Assembly (NCBI RefSeq): GCF_964355755.1
Contig: NC_092677.1
Location: 270,101-334,100 of the forward strand
From: Antedon mediterranea
Taxonomy: Eukaryota > Animalia > Echinodermata
Reading direction: 5' to 3'
Length of the DNA stretch: 64,000 bases
The notes beneath the pieces are model-generated. The model saw only the letters and a list, made by a program, of their open reading frames with translations. It made no database searches and was not told the DNA's origin. Position numbers and translations under genes: made by a program. Positions 1 to 23,721 of this stretch are shown piece by piece; the stretch's first letter is position 1, and the number at the start of each line of letters is the position of its first letter.

Positions 1-414
1 GTTAATTATTCTGCTCGGCTATGAAAACGAGAGCCTGTCTACCTCACACTCACGCAAAACGCGTCAGTCTTGATTTAACATGACGTCATCTTTTGATTGA
101 GGTCAACGCATTATGCACGTTCGTAAAATGTTTGTCTTCTAACTATGACGTCAAAGTGAACGTTTCAATAAAATATTATTGAATGATGAAAGATTGAGAA
201 ATTATTCAGCGAAAAATGTAATCCATTTGTCATATCATGCGTAATTTTAAACTAAATATAATTTAGAATTTTTTTCTTTTAATTCATTTGATTGTCTAAC
301 TGATTGTCACCGTGTATATTCTGCAAATGCTAGGCCTGAATAAAGTTTATCTCACAAAGTATTTAACCATATAGCATATACCTAGCATTCAAGTAAGCTG
401 AAAATTCTAACGAA

Positions 415-1532
415 TTGTATGATTTATTTTTAGGTGTATATATTCATGAAAACCTCAAATGGACCAGTCATCAAAATTACGTTTCGAAAAAAATATCAAG
501 ATCTATTAGTATTATTAACAGACTTAAGCACTTCTTCCCTCTAAATATTTTAATTTCTCTTTATAACACACTTGTACTTCCTTATTTCCAGTATTGTAAC
601 ATTATTTGGGCTGCAGATTACTCTTCTAATATTGCTAGATTAACTAAATTACAAAAACGTGCAGCTAGAATTATTACTTTTTCACCATATAGAACCTCAT
701 CTGAACCCCTTTTTAAACGTCTTGGTATATTAAAATTAACGGATATCCACAATGTTCAAGTTGCCAGTTTTATGTTTAATTATTTTAAAAACCAACTTCC
801 TATTTCTATGATTGATATGCTCTGTAAACGTACCAAATTTCACAATTACAATTAAAGAACTTCTCATTTAAACATTCCTTTTGCTAGACTTACAAAAACT
901 AAATTTTTTATTACTATATCAGGTCCTAATTTGTGGAATCATATCCCACCAAATATCAAAACGTCAATATCATTATTTACTTTCCGAAAAAAGTTAAAGA
1001 ATCATTATATATCTAAATATTATACTGCTTAGTTAATATGCTTATTATCATTATTTATACTCACTATTTATGTCTTACACAAAATATTAGTTGTTGCTTA
1101 TTATTGCAATCTTTAATCTATACTATATATAATGTATATATAGTATATACTATATATATACTGGAATTATAATTTATGTATACATATTTTTTTTTCATTT
1201 ACCAATATCGGTAGTTATTTCATTTATAATTATCATGAAACTATTGAAATATAATTTAAATAATTTGTATAAAGAAGATGTTAGTTATGTTATTATACTG
1301 TAATTTTTTATCCTAAATTATATAATTATATATTCTAGGTTATTTTTATTTTTTTAGTAATGTGTTTTGTTATGGGTCCCTACGAGACAAGTTTTTAACT
1401 TCTAGAAGGGATCCATGATAATAATGACTACCAATTACTGCTTTATCTATGTTCACTTTAATATCTTTTTTCTATTTTGTATATATTCATTCATTATTAT
1501 CTAAATAAATATTATCTGAATCTGAATCTGAA
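415..1532 (+). mobile_element. 5'-truncated non-LTR retrotransposon (CR1/L2-group LINE): RT C-terminus, 3' UTR and (TCTGAA)3 tail
   Basis: ORF 415-855 has FLGVYIHENLKW...[17 protein letters not shown]...LQKRAARII, typical of the LINE RT C-terminal region; it continues in another frame (GPNLWN) to ~1031. AATAAA at 1504-1509 precedes TCTGAA x3 at 1515-1532. GAATTGTATG at 412-421 and 1530-1539 is a candidate TSD. Confidence 0.85.
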
Positions 1533-3000
1533 TTGTATGGCACGCGTCTAGTCGAATTGTATGATTCATTGTATATATCGCGCGCGTCTAGTCGTATTGT
1601 CTTTCATTTATATCCACATTGATCCTTGCCATGATTGATCATCTTCTCATTCACCATATAAACCTATTACATGATTACATGATAGCTAAATAAATATTGA
1701 AAAGAATTGAATTGAATGGCACTGTTTTGTGTTCTTAGACACATGCGGATGCCGTGTTTTGTATAGCAGCTCTTACTACCTGACGCGCGATGCCGGGCTA
1801 GATAAACAAAATAATTTAATACATAAATATAATATTTCTATATTTGATAAGCAGAGTGAATATCTCTATTTTGTAAGATTGCCTTTGTTTAATAAAAGTG
1901 AATTTGATGGCTTTCTTCATTTTTATTTAGCAGAATTTCGTATCCGTTTATGACTGCTTTCGTTCGCAATAACAATAAAAAAAAACGGCCAGACAGGATA
2001 TACTATTTTATGTTTGTAAATTTATTGACAAGAGAATAATAAATTAAACATTACAACGACAAATCATCGCATTTAACATTTTCTCAAAATTCGAGAAAAA
2101 AAATATTCGGAGCTATAATATCGCCCTCATGAATAAGTTCATCTTCTTATTAAATAAAAGAACAGAACACGTCAAACGAGAAATACGAGAAACACTTTCG
2201 TTTTGACGTAAACCGTTGAATCATAGAATGTCAACATGGCCACGTGCATTTTGGATTATGCTCACAGAACGTTTTAACAACTCCTGATGACGTCAGCAAC
2301 AATCTATAAACCATAGAAGCAGGAGGAAAACTATTACAGTCGCACTAATTTCTGTACGTTACATCCAACTGTAAAACGTTACAAATGTACATTCAAATAT
2401 TGTAATAAAATCGCGTAGTACTCTATTTACATGAGCCGGCGTATTTAAACATTTGCAGTGCAGATTTAACTCTTTCTACTAACGAATATTATAACCTCAG
2501 CCTTCTCTAATTAAAAAAATCTGCTCTAAAAAGGTTGAAAGAGTTTTACAATTTCAGAGATTTACTCACAATTTTACATTGCAGTATACTTAGACCCTTC
2601 CCTAATAAATAAATGCGTGGGCGCTGAAGCACATAGACCTAATTTACTGTAAAAACTGCTTAAGTGTTCAAGATTTAAATACAGAAGTGTATATAGATAA
2701 CTAGAGAATATTATGACAGTAACAATTAAATCTATAATTAATTTTACAATGACAGTATATATTTATATAGCACTATAACGTGAAATAAGACACTAAGAAA
2801 TGAAAAAGCTCAAAAACAAATAATTAAAATGATCAGAAGTACAAATACTAGCATTTAAGCAGAGAAGATTTGTATCAACAAACTAATCTGACTTTCTTCA
2901 GGTGTAATATATAAAATAGTCAAGGGCTTTGGTTTATAAACTTAAACATGGATTTAATAATTTGCAAACTAAATATACCTGAGATGATTTAAAACGCATT

Positions 3001-3280
3001 TGAAAGCAGTGTTATACAACACTTGAAAGCAGTGGTATACAACACCTAGCAGTGTTATACAACACCTATCAGCTTCATATCAGTTTAACACATGAAAGCA
3101 GTGTTATACAACACCTATCAGCATCACATCAGTGTAAGCAGTGTTATACAACACCTATCAGTGTTATACAACACCTATCAGTGTTATACAACACCTATTA
3201 GTGTTATACAACACCTATCCGCATCACATCAGTGTAAGCAGTGTTATACAACACTTATCAGCTTCACATCAGTTTAACAC
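3001..3280. repeat. Degenerate minisatellite with core CAGTGTTATACAACACCTAT
   Basis: About 10 imperfect copies. The core holds the inverted repeat GTGTT-ATAC-AACAC. It lies downstream of the SIK stop, probably in the 3' UTR. Confidence 0.85.
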
Positions 3281-4144
3281 ACACATTAGATCATTCTATA
3301 AATGTTTCAAAACATGGCAATGTTTAAAATGTATTTATTTATGGTAAATGAAACACATTAATAATAATGTTAAAAAGACTAATACAAATATTAAATGATA
3401 CCATAATTAAACTATAAATGGTTTATCACAATAAACTAATGATGGACTGATGATAACAGAATTAAAGCTACATTACTAAACCCCATACAGCATGATCTAA
3501 TGTGTATAATTTATAAAGAGTTTATTATGAGGTCCATTTATAGACAGCCTAAATTGTATGACCTTAAAAAACAGATGTGACTTAGCTAACAGATTTTACA
3601 AATGTTGATGGCGGTAAAATAGCATTAAAATATCTTTTCAATAAAATCATAATCCGATCAACTGTACATCGTATATTGCAAACTGAGTTGTGTGTTTTTC
3701 TATTTTTACTCACACTATGACTATGTCTACATTTAATACAACGATAAAATTAGAACACCAAGAACAACTGTGTATAACAATGTTTTAGAATGACTGGTGG
3801 TCCATTTTGTCAAAAAACACTTAAAACAAGTTGACACCAACACCTAAAACAACTTTATCTCAAACAAACATTAGTGAGATGTCTGTGACATACATACACA
3901 AGTACTGCTATTCACAGTTCAAATAAACATTTATTAATCATTATTATTATTACAAATTTTAATATTGGAAAACGTGTTTTTTACCCAATCTGTTACTCTC
4001 TTCCCCAACAACAAAAACTATCATGAAAACAAAAGGTTTTCGTTCTTCCAATGCGTACAAATACACAATATCTTTCTTATTGTAATAGCCTTATCTATAC
4101 TTTTCTTTTAATCAAATAATTACAGTTCTATATGAAAAGCGCCC

Positions 4145-15411
<11,267 letters not shown>

Positions 15412-15739
15412 CTAGCGCGGCTATGTTCACGAACTTACAGTGTTATAGGCCTAAAACAACAAGACACAATTCATAGTAGTACCACACTCGCTCGTCTTCT
15501 TGCCGATGACAACGGCCTTTCTCCCTCTATTCCACTAATTCGGTACATAAGGCGAATATAGCATCACTAATCAACTCTGTTTTCATCCTGGTTTCCAATA
15601 AACTAAATAAAAGTGAACATGATGTGTGGATTAAAAAACCCGCAGTGATGGAATCTGGAACCGAAGTTAACACAAGCTCTTTTTCGATACCTTATCTCAC
15701 TTTGCCGGGCCAAGCCATGTTATTTTGAAGAAATCCTGA

Positions 15740-17475
15740 CAGAGCACGTCAAACAATGACGTCATACCATAGCACTTTGCTAAGGGGCGGTATCTACTCG
15801 GCGTGACAAATTTGTTGTCATGGTAACAGCGGGTAGTATGACGCAAATTGCAACGAAACGACCCTGGATTGTTGCGAGGCAAATTCTCACAGAGAATCAA
15901 CGTTATATTTTTTACGCTGTTCTACCAAAAATGTAGTTTCTTCATTTTCGTTCTACTTATTCTTGTCTCTACAACATTAAATACAGTTTATTTATTTATT
16001 ATATATTATTTTCATGCCATAACTAGTTCTCTTTTTAACCCTCACGTGATATTCTTACGTACAATTTCTCCGGATATGATTCTCGGCCAAATCTGACCAT
16101 GTGCAAAAATGACATAAAATTAAAGCACTTTATCAATCTACGTTTCCAGCTTAGACGTGTTTATACACTTTTACCATCCATGTGTGCAACTTGTAACTGA
16201 AATTGAAAAGCAGACGATTAAACCATGGAGTTATACTTCATGATTAAACTAAACTTTTCACGATATATTATAATTTATATTATTAATATATTTACCGTGT
16301 TTTTTTCGTAGGCGTGGAAACAATAGGACCGTTCACATACGGTATCAATATACAGTAAAATAATTCTGTGTTAAATAATAAATTATGTGATTGTTATGAA
16401 TACTCATAATAATAATGATAAACATAATATGATAAAAGATCCACCAGCAGATCCTTGCTTACGTCATCGCGTTCAATTGTTGTTGAGATATTCGACATTT
16501 TTTTTTTCGTTAAACATCTTGTCAATATTTATGTTTCTTGTTTGTAAATTAACATGGCGTACGCGCGCGTGGTTTAATTTATTTTTTAATAATCATATAT
16601 ACAGGTTAATTTGGATCACATTGTGGGCTAAAAAATAACACAGAAAATAATTTGATACTGTATTATGGGGGAGGGGAAATATGATGTAATAAGTGACGCT
16701 AAAACATGGTTATGTTAATGTTATGTCAATAATGCTTGTGAAAATAAAACAATTAGAATGTATAGTGAACACTGAATGTCAAAAGCTATAAAATGTTTTT
16801 AATATTGACTTTTATAAACGTACACTATCAACATAATTGTTACGTGCCAACTTATCTGTACGTCACTACTATATCAATGATTCAAGGCAATTGTTAGCTC
16901 TTTGCGAGGGTAGTGTAAACAATGACAGTAGTACATGTGACTCCACTATTATTTGACACACAATTAACAGCAGATTACATAACATGCGTACGACGTCATC
17001 AGCGTAACGCGTGCCCGTTTTACGCACGTCGCTCGCGCTGGGGGGTAAAATGTTCACATGTCGCTTCAACGTACACTCTCCTTTCAGCAGCACAGCAGCA
17101 GAGAACGTGAATCGTTTTTAGGATGTTTTTCAATGATTGAAATTCATGCAGTCTGTACTGTAACAAAGCCTCGTCGTTACCATGGTGAAGATAATTACAG
17201 ATGCTTTTTATACTGTGACGTCAAACGATTTAGAAGCGCTCATAACAAAATCCCACAATGTTATATCATCACTATTCCTTGGAAGCAGCTACATGTCACC
17301 AGAAAAAAAAGAGATTATGCAATTATATAAGACACAGAATAAAAAAGGCAGTAATTAATTCAAATTAATTTTTAAAATGTTGATGCTAATTAATTATTTA
17401 ATAACGGAAATCCTAATTAAGAAAATAAAAACAAAAAGGCTATGACGTCATCAACTACGTTATGGTGACGTAATA
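15740..17475. promoter_or_regulatory. SIK upstream region with clustered CRE (CREB/ATF) sites
   Basis: Full TGACGTCA at 15757, 17216, 17443; TTACGTCA/TGACGTAA at 16459, 17466; half sites at 15747, 15839, 16694, 16861, 16994; locally CpG-rich. Confidence 0.7.
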
Positions 17476-17590
17476 TAATCATTAAATTGCATTAGAAATG
17501 ATTTGATTATTCAAGCTTTAGTAGAAGGCTACTACATGTACAAGCATGCATTCTTTGTAATAAAATTTATAATTATTAAAATTGAATTAA

Positions 17591-17605
17591 CCAGTAGAGG
17601 GCGCT
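17591..17605 (+). promoter_or_regulatory. CTCF-like motif
   Basis: CCAGTAGAGGGCGCT closely matches the CTCF core CCASYAGRKGGCRS. Confidence 0.55.
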
Positions 17606-18090
17606 AACAGAAACTTAAGAATGCAAAACTGTCATACACAGCGATGATAACTCGATCGGACCAATCACAAGCAACGTCGGAGTCCATCGATTGTGATTGG
17701 TTAATTTCCCGGCGTTGCGTGTACTTCGTTGCTGTGAGAACCAACAGCTTGCCCGTAATACCTGTCACTGTTAAGTTCGGTTAAGTTTCATATTACACAA
17801 ATTTGCTAGTCTTTTCCACATTGTACAAACCATTCTATCGTGACAACCCTATCCTACTACCTGTACTGCTACCCTGCCGGGTAACCTGCTAAATAATCTC
17901 TAATTAAATACCATGTTTCATCTATCTTCTCAGGTGTAGCACCTAATTATTCATGATTTCTGCCTCTGACGTTTCAGTAAAAGAATTTCTTATCCGTCCC
18001 GGTTCTTGGTGGAATTTTCTAATTTACATTTAAGTGGATCTGCTGATAATATAAAATCAACAATAACGAAAACTGTTCAAAGCAGCTACG

Positions 18091-19661
18091 ATGAAACTCT
18101 CGCTAGGCCTATTTGTTATTGTTTACTGTTGTACGTGGAGTCTCGTCTGTGGACTCGACTGCACAGTCAACATATATGCAACAGGATGTACAAACGAGTT
18201 GTATAGGCCTACTTTAGAACCCAAAGAAGAAATATGCGACGAGAAAATCAACGATAAACTCAACGATAAACTAGACAACATAACACTTAAACTTGTAGAC
18301 TTTGAAAACACACTCACCGAATTTGAAAATACACTCGCCGACTTTGAAAATAAACTCGACGACTTTGAAAAGAAACTTGCTGAAACTAAATTTTCAGGTT
18401 TGTATTAATACCATGGTCTTGGTGACGCAAAGCTAGCTTATACGCACCGGTACTATTAAGATTAAGAGATTTTAAAACGAATAACTTGTAGTTAAGCATG
18501 TATTTTACATGGCCAATTTTATTTAGCTTTTTTTAATTGAATCAATTGGGTAAGGATGGGCGATTTTCTCATGTCGATGATGCACGGACTTGTTTGGCAG
18601 AGTCGTGCTTGTCACGATCGCATTTAACTCATGATGTGAATTGTTTTAAATTGCAGAGTTTAAGGTTATTTTCAGAGCTAATTCCAGGGTAGAATTTATA
18701 AACTTAGCTGAATTATGGAAAGGTACAAACTCCTCAAATGCTGACGTACCTGGGGCAGCGGAGGTCGATGGTAACGTGGCGGTTCCTTACAAAAGTACGT
18801 TGGTAGAGCAATGGGGCGCATTGGATATTAAGAAGGTATTCTCATAAAACATTTCATTTCAAGTTGCCTTGAGGTTAGTTTAATGTATTGTGCTTCCTCT
18901 CTTACTTTCAGGTTAAATTTGCTTTCTATGAAGGAGGTGTAAAAGTTATGACATTGATATTTAATGGCATTGGTACCAACAAGAATAACTGGTTTCATAA
19001 AGACCGTATTATACAGACGCCGTACCCAGATATGCTAACATCATCCTTCAATCACTTTGGAATTGATCCTGATGTTGGGTAGGCCTTTTTTCTCTTTTTT
19101 TTGGGAGGGGAGGGGGGGTGGAGATGACGTACCTTTCTAGTATTAAATAAATGAAATAGCTAGCTTAATTCATTATCCTTCTGGGTATTGGTTGATTAAA
19201 GAAGATTCTATGTCGAAAACTCTCGTGTTGCTCATTGTATTTTACAGTCATGGATGTTCAGGAAGAACCATGGTGGATGTCCTAACCCAACCCTAACCCT
19301 AACGGGCAGTGTCGTATGTGGTATATTAGCAAGAACCATGGTGGATGTCCGAATGACGCCGGATGGGTGTCTGTGACGACACAATTCGAACTTGTGCATG
19401 GGATCGAGCTTACGGTCCAGCCTCTCAATTCCTCTACTCCACACAAAGCGGTGTCACTATTTTTGGCACAGAAGTAAGGCCTACATTCACACATGATCAT
19501 TCTTGTTCCAAAGAATATCCACTGTCCAATAAATGTATGAGTAGGGCCTAATTATTCCGGTACTCCACAACAATGCCTCTCTGAGCTGCTTGAATCATAC
19601 GTAATTTTGAATTTCAGATTTTCCCGTTGGAAGTGCAAGTGTGAGTGGCCATTTTAATCTA
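18091..19661 (+). pseudogene. Secreted coiled-coil protein with an uncharacterised invertebrate domain; probably disrupted in exons 4-5
   Basis: Signal-peptide-like MKLSLGLFVIVYCCTWSLVCG and heptads DFENTLTEFENTLADFENKL. Clean exons 18091-18397, 18657-18835, 18912-19078 (FKVIFRA...YKSTLVEQW...VKFAFY...NWFHKDRII). Exon 4 motifs HGGCPNDAGW and TCAWD...QFLYS are in different frames, and the phase-correct read from the acceptor near 19247 hits TAA in a (CCCTAA) tract. Confidence 0.6.
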
Positions 19662-20918
19662 AACAGGAGTACTGTAATTTTGCGATCCATATTGCGTCTA
19701 TTCGTGTAATACATAATTATAATGAGTGCATTTGGTATTTCCATCATGACCGTTTGTAAACTTATAATTGAATAAAATAAAACATTGAGTGGTACCGCAT
19801 TAATTATTTATGTTTAAATATTTTGATAATTTAGACTTTTAATTTTATATTCTGTCCAGTCTATTTACAAAGCAATTTATAACCCACGTGCACAACAGTA
19901 CGAAAGATCAGTGATTTGAACTAAAAGTTGATGTTACTGTTGTTTTATTAAACTACAATCGAATTGAATGAATGAATGAGCCACTACATAGATAATCCAC
20001 TTAATACATATATGTAGCCAAATGTGAGGCAATACAATACAGAATAATCATTTTGAATGAAAATTACTTAATCCCCAATAATGCAACTTAAACTTATGGG
20101 ATCCGTCAAAGGCAGGCAATCTGACAACAGGATGTTGAGCTCTGAAGACCAAAGTTTGCATGTGGCTGCGATACGACAGTTCCACGGCCCTCTGCGCGCC
20201 TACATAGTACAGTACTGTTGGTATTTGTCGCAGCCAGACATAAGATCAAATACTTGTTACGAGTTCTTATGTTGGCAAGGCGAGCTCAGTGTTGTTAGAT
20301 TGCCTTGGTCAAAGTAAGGCTGAAAAGGGGGGCGTGCTGCCACACCAGCCATTCCCTTACGTTGACTCTTTTCATCGGGTTCGTATAAATCATCACATAA
20401 TTAAACAAATTGTATTTTAAATGATGCCTAAAAAGAGAAACTTCGCCACAACAAATCGTAACAAAATAACGTGTCGTATTGAAGTAGCAACATAAAAATG
20501 CAACATAACAAAAACTTGATGTTTGTTAATGATTGGTTATACACAAAATCCATGTTTTGGAGATCAAGAATGTTACGTCACCAAACCCACTTTCACTCAT
20601 ATCGAAGTCCATACACTATTAACGTTGTTTCATCTTGTTCTATGGTGGTCGAAGTCGATTTGCATGAGTGGTTATGAACACGTGTTTAACGCATTTCCCA
20701 CGCGCGCAAGACAGTAGTGGAGACGAAATTTGAATACGCATGCGCACAAACTGACGTTTTTGATTCGTGCAAAGGCGGGACGTCCGCCGGAGATGGTAAA
20801 CAGACCATGATAACGCAAGCGACGGCATCACAGCATTTAAACTTACCGCGCTCAAAACTTGATCAGTGCATGGTCCTATCAATGCATAGAAGTTATAAAA
20901 TTAACACGAAGTGTAAGT

Positions 20919-21816
20919 AAGAGGCCTATAGGATAGAGCTCGGAATGGGCGAATAGTGAGTATAAGAGGCCTATAGGATAGAGCTCGGAATGGGCGAATA
21001 GTGAGTATTAAAGAGGCCTATAGGATAGAGCTCGGAATGGGCGAATAGTGAGTATAAGAGGCCTATAGGATAGAGCTCGGAATGGGCGAATAGTGAGTAT
21101 AAGAGACCTATAGGATAGAGCTCGGAATGGGCGAATAGTGAGTATAAGAGGCCTATAGGATAGAGCTCGGAATGGGCGAATAGTGAGTATAAGAGACCTA
21201 TAGGATAGAGCTCGGAATGGGCGAATAGTGAGTATAAGAGGCCTATAGGATAGAGCTCGGAATGGGCGAATAGTGAGTATAAGAGGCCTATAGGATAGAG
21301 CTCGGAATGGGCGAATAGTGAGTATAAGAGGCCTATAGGATAGAGCTCGGAATGGGCGAATAGTGAGTATAAGAGACCTATAGGATAGAGCTCGGAATGG
21401 GCGAATAGTGAGTATAAGAGACCTATAGGATAGAGCTCGGAATGGGCGAATGGTGAGTATAAGAGGCCTATAGGATAGAGCTCGGAATGGGCGAATAGTG
21501 AGTATAAGAGGCCTATAGGATAGAGCTCGGAATGGGCGAATTAGTGAGTATAAGAGGCCTATAGGATAGAGTTCGGAATGGGCGAATAGTGAGTATAAGA
21601 GGCCTATAGGATAGAGTTCGGAATGGGCGAATAGTGAGTATAAGAGGCCTATAGGATAGAGCTCGGAATGGGCGAATAGTGAGTATAAGAGGCCTATAGG
21701 ATAGAGCTCGGAATGGGCGAATAGTGAGTATAAGAGGCCTATAGGATAGAGCTCGGAATGGGCGAATAGTGAGTATAAGAGGCCTATAGGATAGAGTTCG
21801 GAATGGGCGAATAGTG
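20919..21816. repeat. 45-bp minisatellite, ~20 copies
   Basis: Unit AAGAGGCCTATAGGATAGAGCTCGGAATGGGCGAATAGTGAGTAT; explains ORFs 21008-21823 and 21513-21830. Confidence 0.97.
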
Positions 21817-22144
21817 ACTTCAAAGGTCATAGTTTTTTATTTTGGAATACCTTTTATCTGTATTATTTAAATACAGGTATAGATACAATATCTAAAATAA
21901 TGAATGAATGAACTAACACTAGAAATAACAAAACGCAACTGTTGTGTATTGGCAGGTGTTTTGTGTTTGCTAATTATTTTGAGATTATTTATGGCAATTA
22001 TAAGTTAAGTCTAAGCAATGAAGATGCTAAAACATAAGTATTTTTAGTATTTTTTTTATTATAACTACTGTGCAGTTGGCATGCTAATTGCAGCATAAAC
22101 GCACATTACGTATTATTGGGAGAAACATTACAGCAAACATTTTG

Positions 22145-22355
22145 AAGATTGGTTCTCATTGGACGCAACGCAAGGTTGGTGTACGCGCAACGCAAAGGTG
22201 GCGTACGCGCAACGCAAGATTAGTGTACGCGCAACGCAAGGGTGGTGTGCGCGCAACGCAATTCGGATGAGTCAGTGTCGTGATTGGTCAAATAACGTTG
22301 GGCTTACATGTACGTCGTACGTCCTTGTGTTGCGTCTCTGTTGGGAACCAAGTTT
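22145..22355. mobile_element. MITE-like element with imperfect TIRs and internal GTACGCGCAACGCAA repeats
   Basis: Left TTGGTTCTCATTGGACGCAACGCAAGG versus right-end reverse complement TTGGTTCCCAACAGAGACGCAACACAAGG. Confidence 0.65.
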
Positions 22356-23721
22356 ATTGTTTATTTACCCAGCAATCGTTGAACGTTTCCATAATGAACG
22401 AACAAGTGACATATAATACACGCTCAATCAACGCCTACAATTACATAGCTACTACACACAGACATCCTAGTCTTCAAAATAACCAAATAATAATATAATT
22501 CCACAAAACTATTTTTGCAAATTAAAGTTAGTTCACAACGAAATAACGAAACTTTATATTTATGATGGTCTAAAGAGTATATGGATATCACTAGGATGTT
22601 GTATATGGGAATTAATTTCAATCCATTGAGCTGTAAATAATACATTTATAATTTAGTATAGCAAAATATATCAACTAACCATCATATTATGAGTTGTTGC
22701 CAAGATTACCATAAGCATAGTTGTTGTTGCTTATATACATACATATGCTATTCACCATAACTAAAATTCACACACAAAGACTAATACTATGTTTACCAAA
22801 AACAAGTCCACGTTCAATATCGACTGTACACAGTTGCTTTTTTAGACAAAAATCCTGATTTCCTTAATTTACAGATTTTTAAATTCAAGTCACATGATTT
22901 TCATGACAATTTATTGTTTCATAAATATATTGTATTGGCATAAATAAGTGTTATTACTGTTCTACACAATAAATACTGACATAACATATATTCATATTCA
23001 TTCACAGATTATTGATAAACATACAGCAGAAGTCCAGCTCCTAATTGTTTAATACTCGGCATAAATTAGTATAAGCTTAATATAAAGCAATGAAGAAGGA
23101 GCATTTATAACTCTGGTTTATTATCTCTGGTGTTCAGTTGGGTAACAATTAAACATGCATTCTCAATCCTTCAATAAGCATCTTTATAAATCCTACCTAA
23201 ATACAGTTGAAACAATTGCTACATATTAATAATTTTTATCCACCATTCTTTGTAACTACTTCTGGTGCAAAATGCAAAAAAACAGTAGACAGTTTGACAG
23301 GAAAAACAAGATATGGTTAGGCTGCACAACAAATAAAAATGAAATCATGCAATGATCATGTGAACAAAATGATGGTGCAGGTATTGGCTAGGTGACTAAT
23401 ATAATTGTTCAAGTTGATGACATGTGATGACCATGTGAACAAAACTGAATGCCAAGAACTGACCATGTGAACAACATGACATTGTCTTGACTTGATCATT
23501 TGACTAATGTAGGGTATCATTAATCTTTATTGCAACCGTAAATTTTCATTGCAACTGAAAAAAAACATCTTCTTTTCCAGTTTCACCACAGGTTACACTA
23601 GTAACTACTGCCTAGTTCATCTGTATTAGTTCCCTTTTACCTGTTTGGTTGAATTTTCAAACATTTCTCAGCGGACAGCTGAATATTTATTTTAAAATAA
23701 TTCACAAGTAAACTTTTCTGG

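Noticed and set aside
20081-20920. Short ORFs in a GC-richer intergenic patch
   Set aside because: No recognisable motifs or consistent splice structure; could be a TE remnant or regulatory DNA, but I cannot support either.
21008-21830. Long repetitive ORFs (271 aa, 105 aa)
   Set aside because: By-product of a 45-bp stop-free unit; frames shift at indels and there is no gene context.
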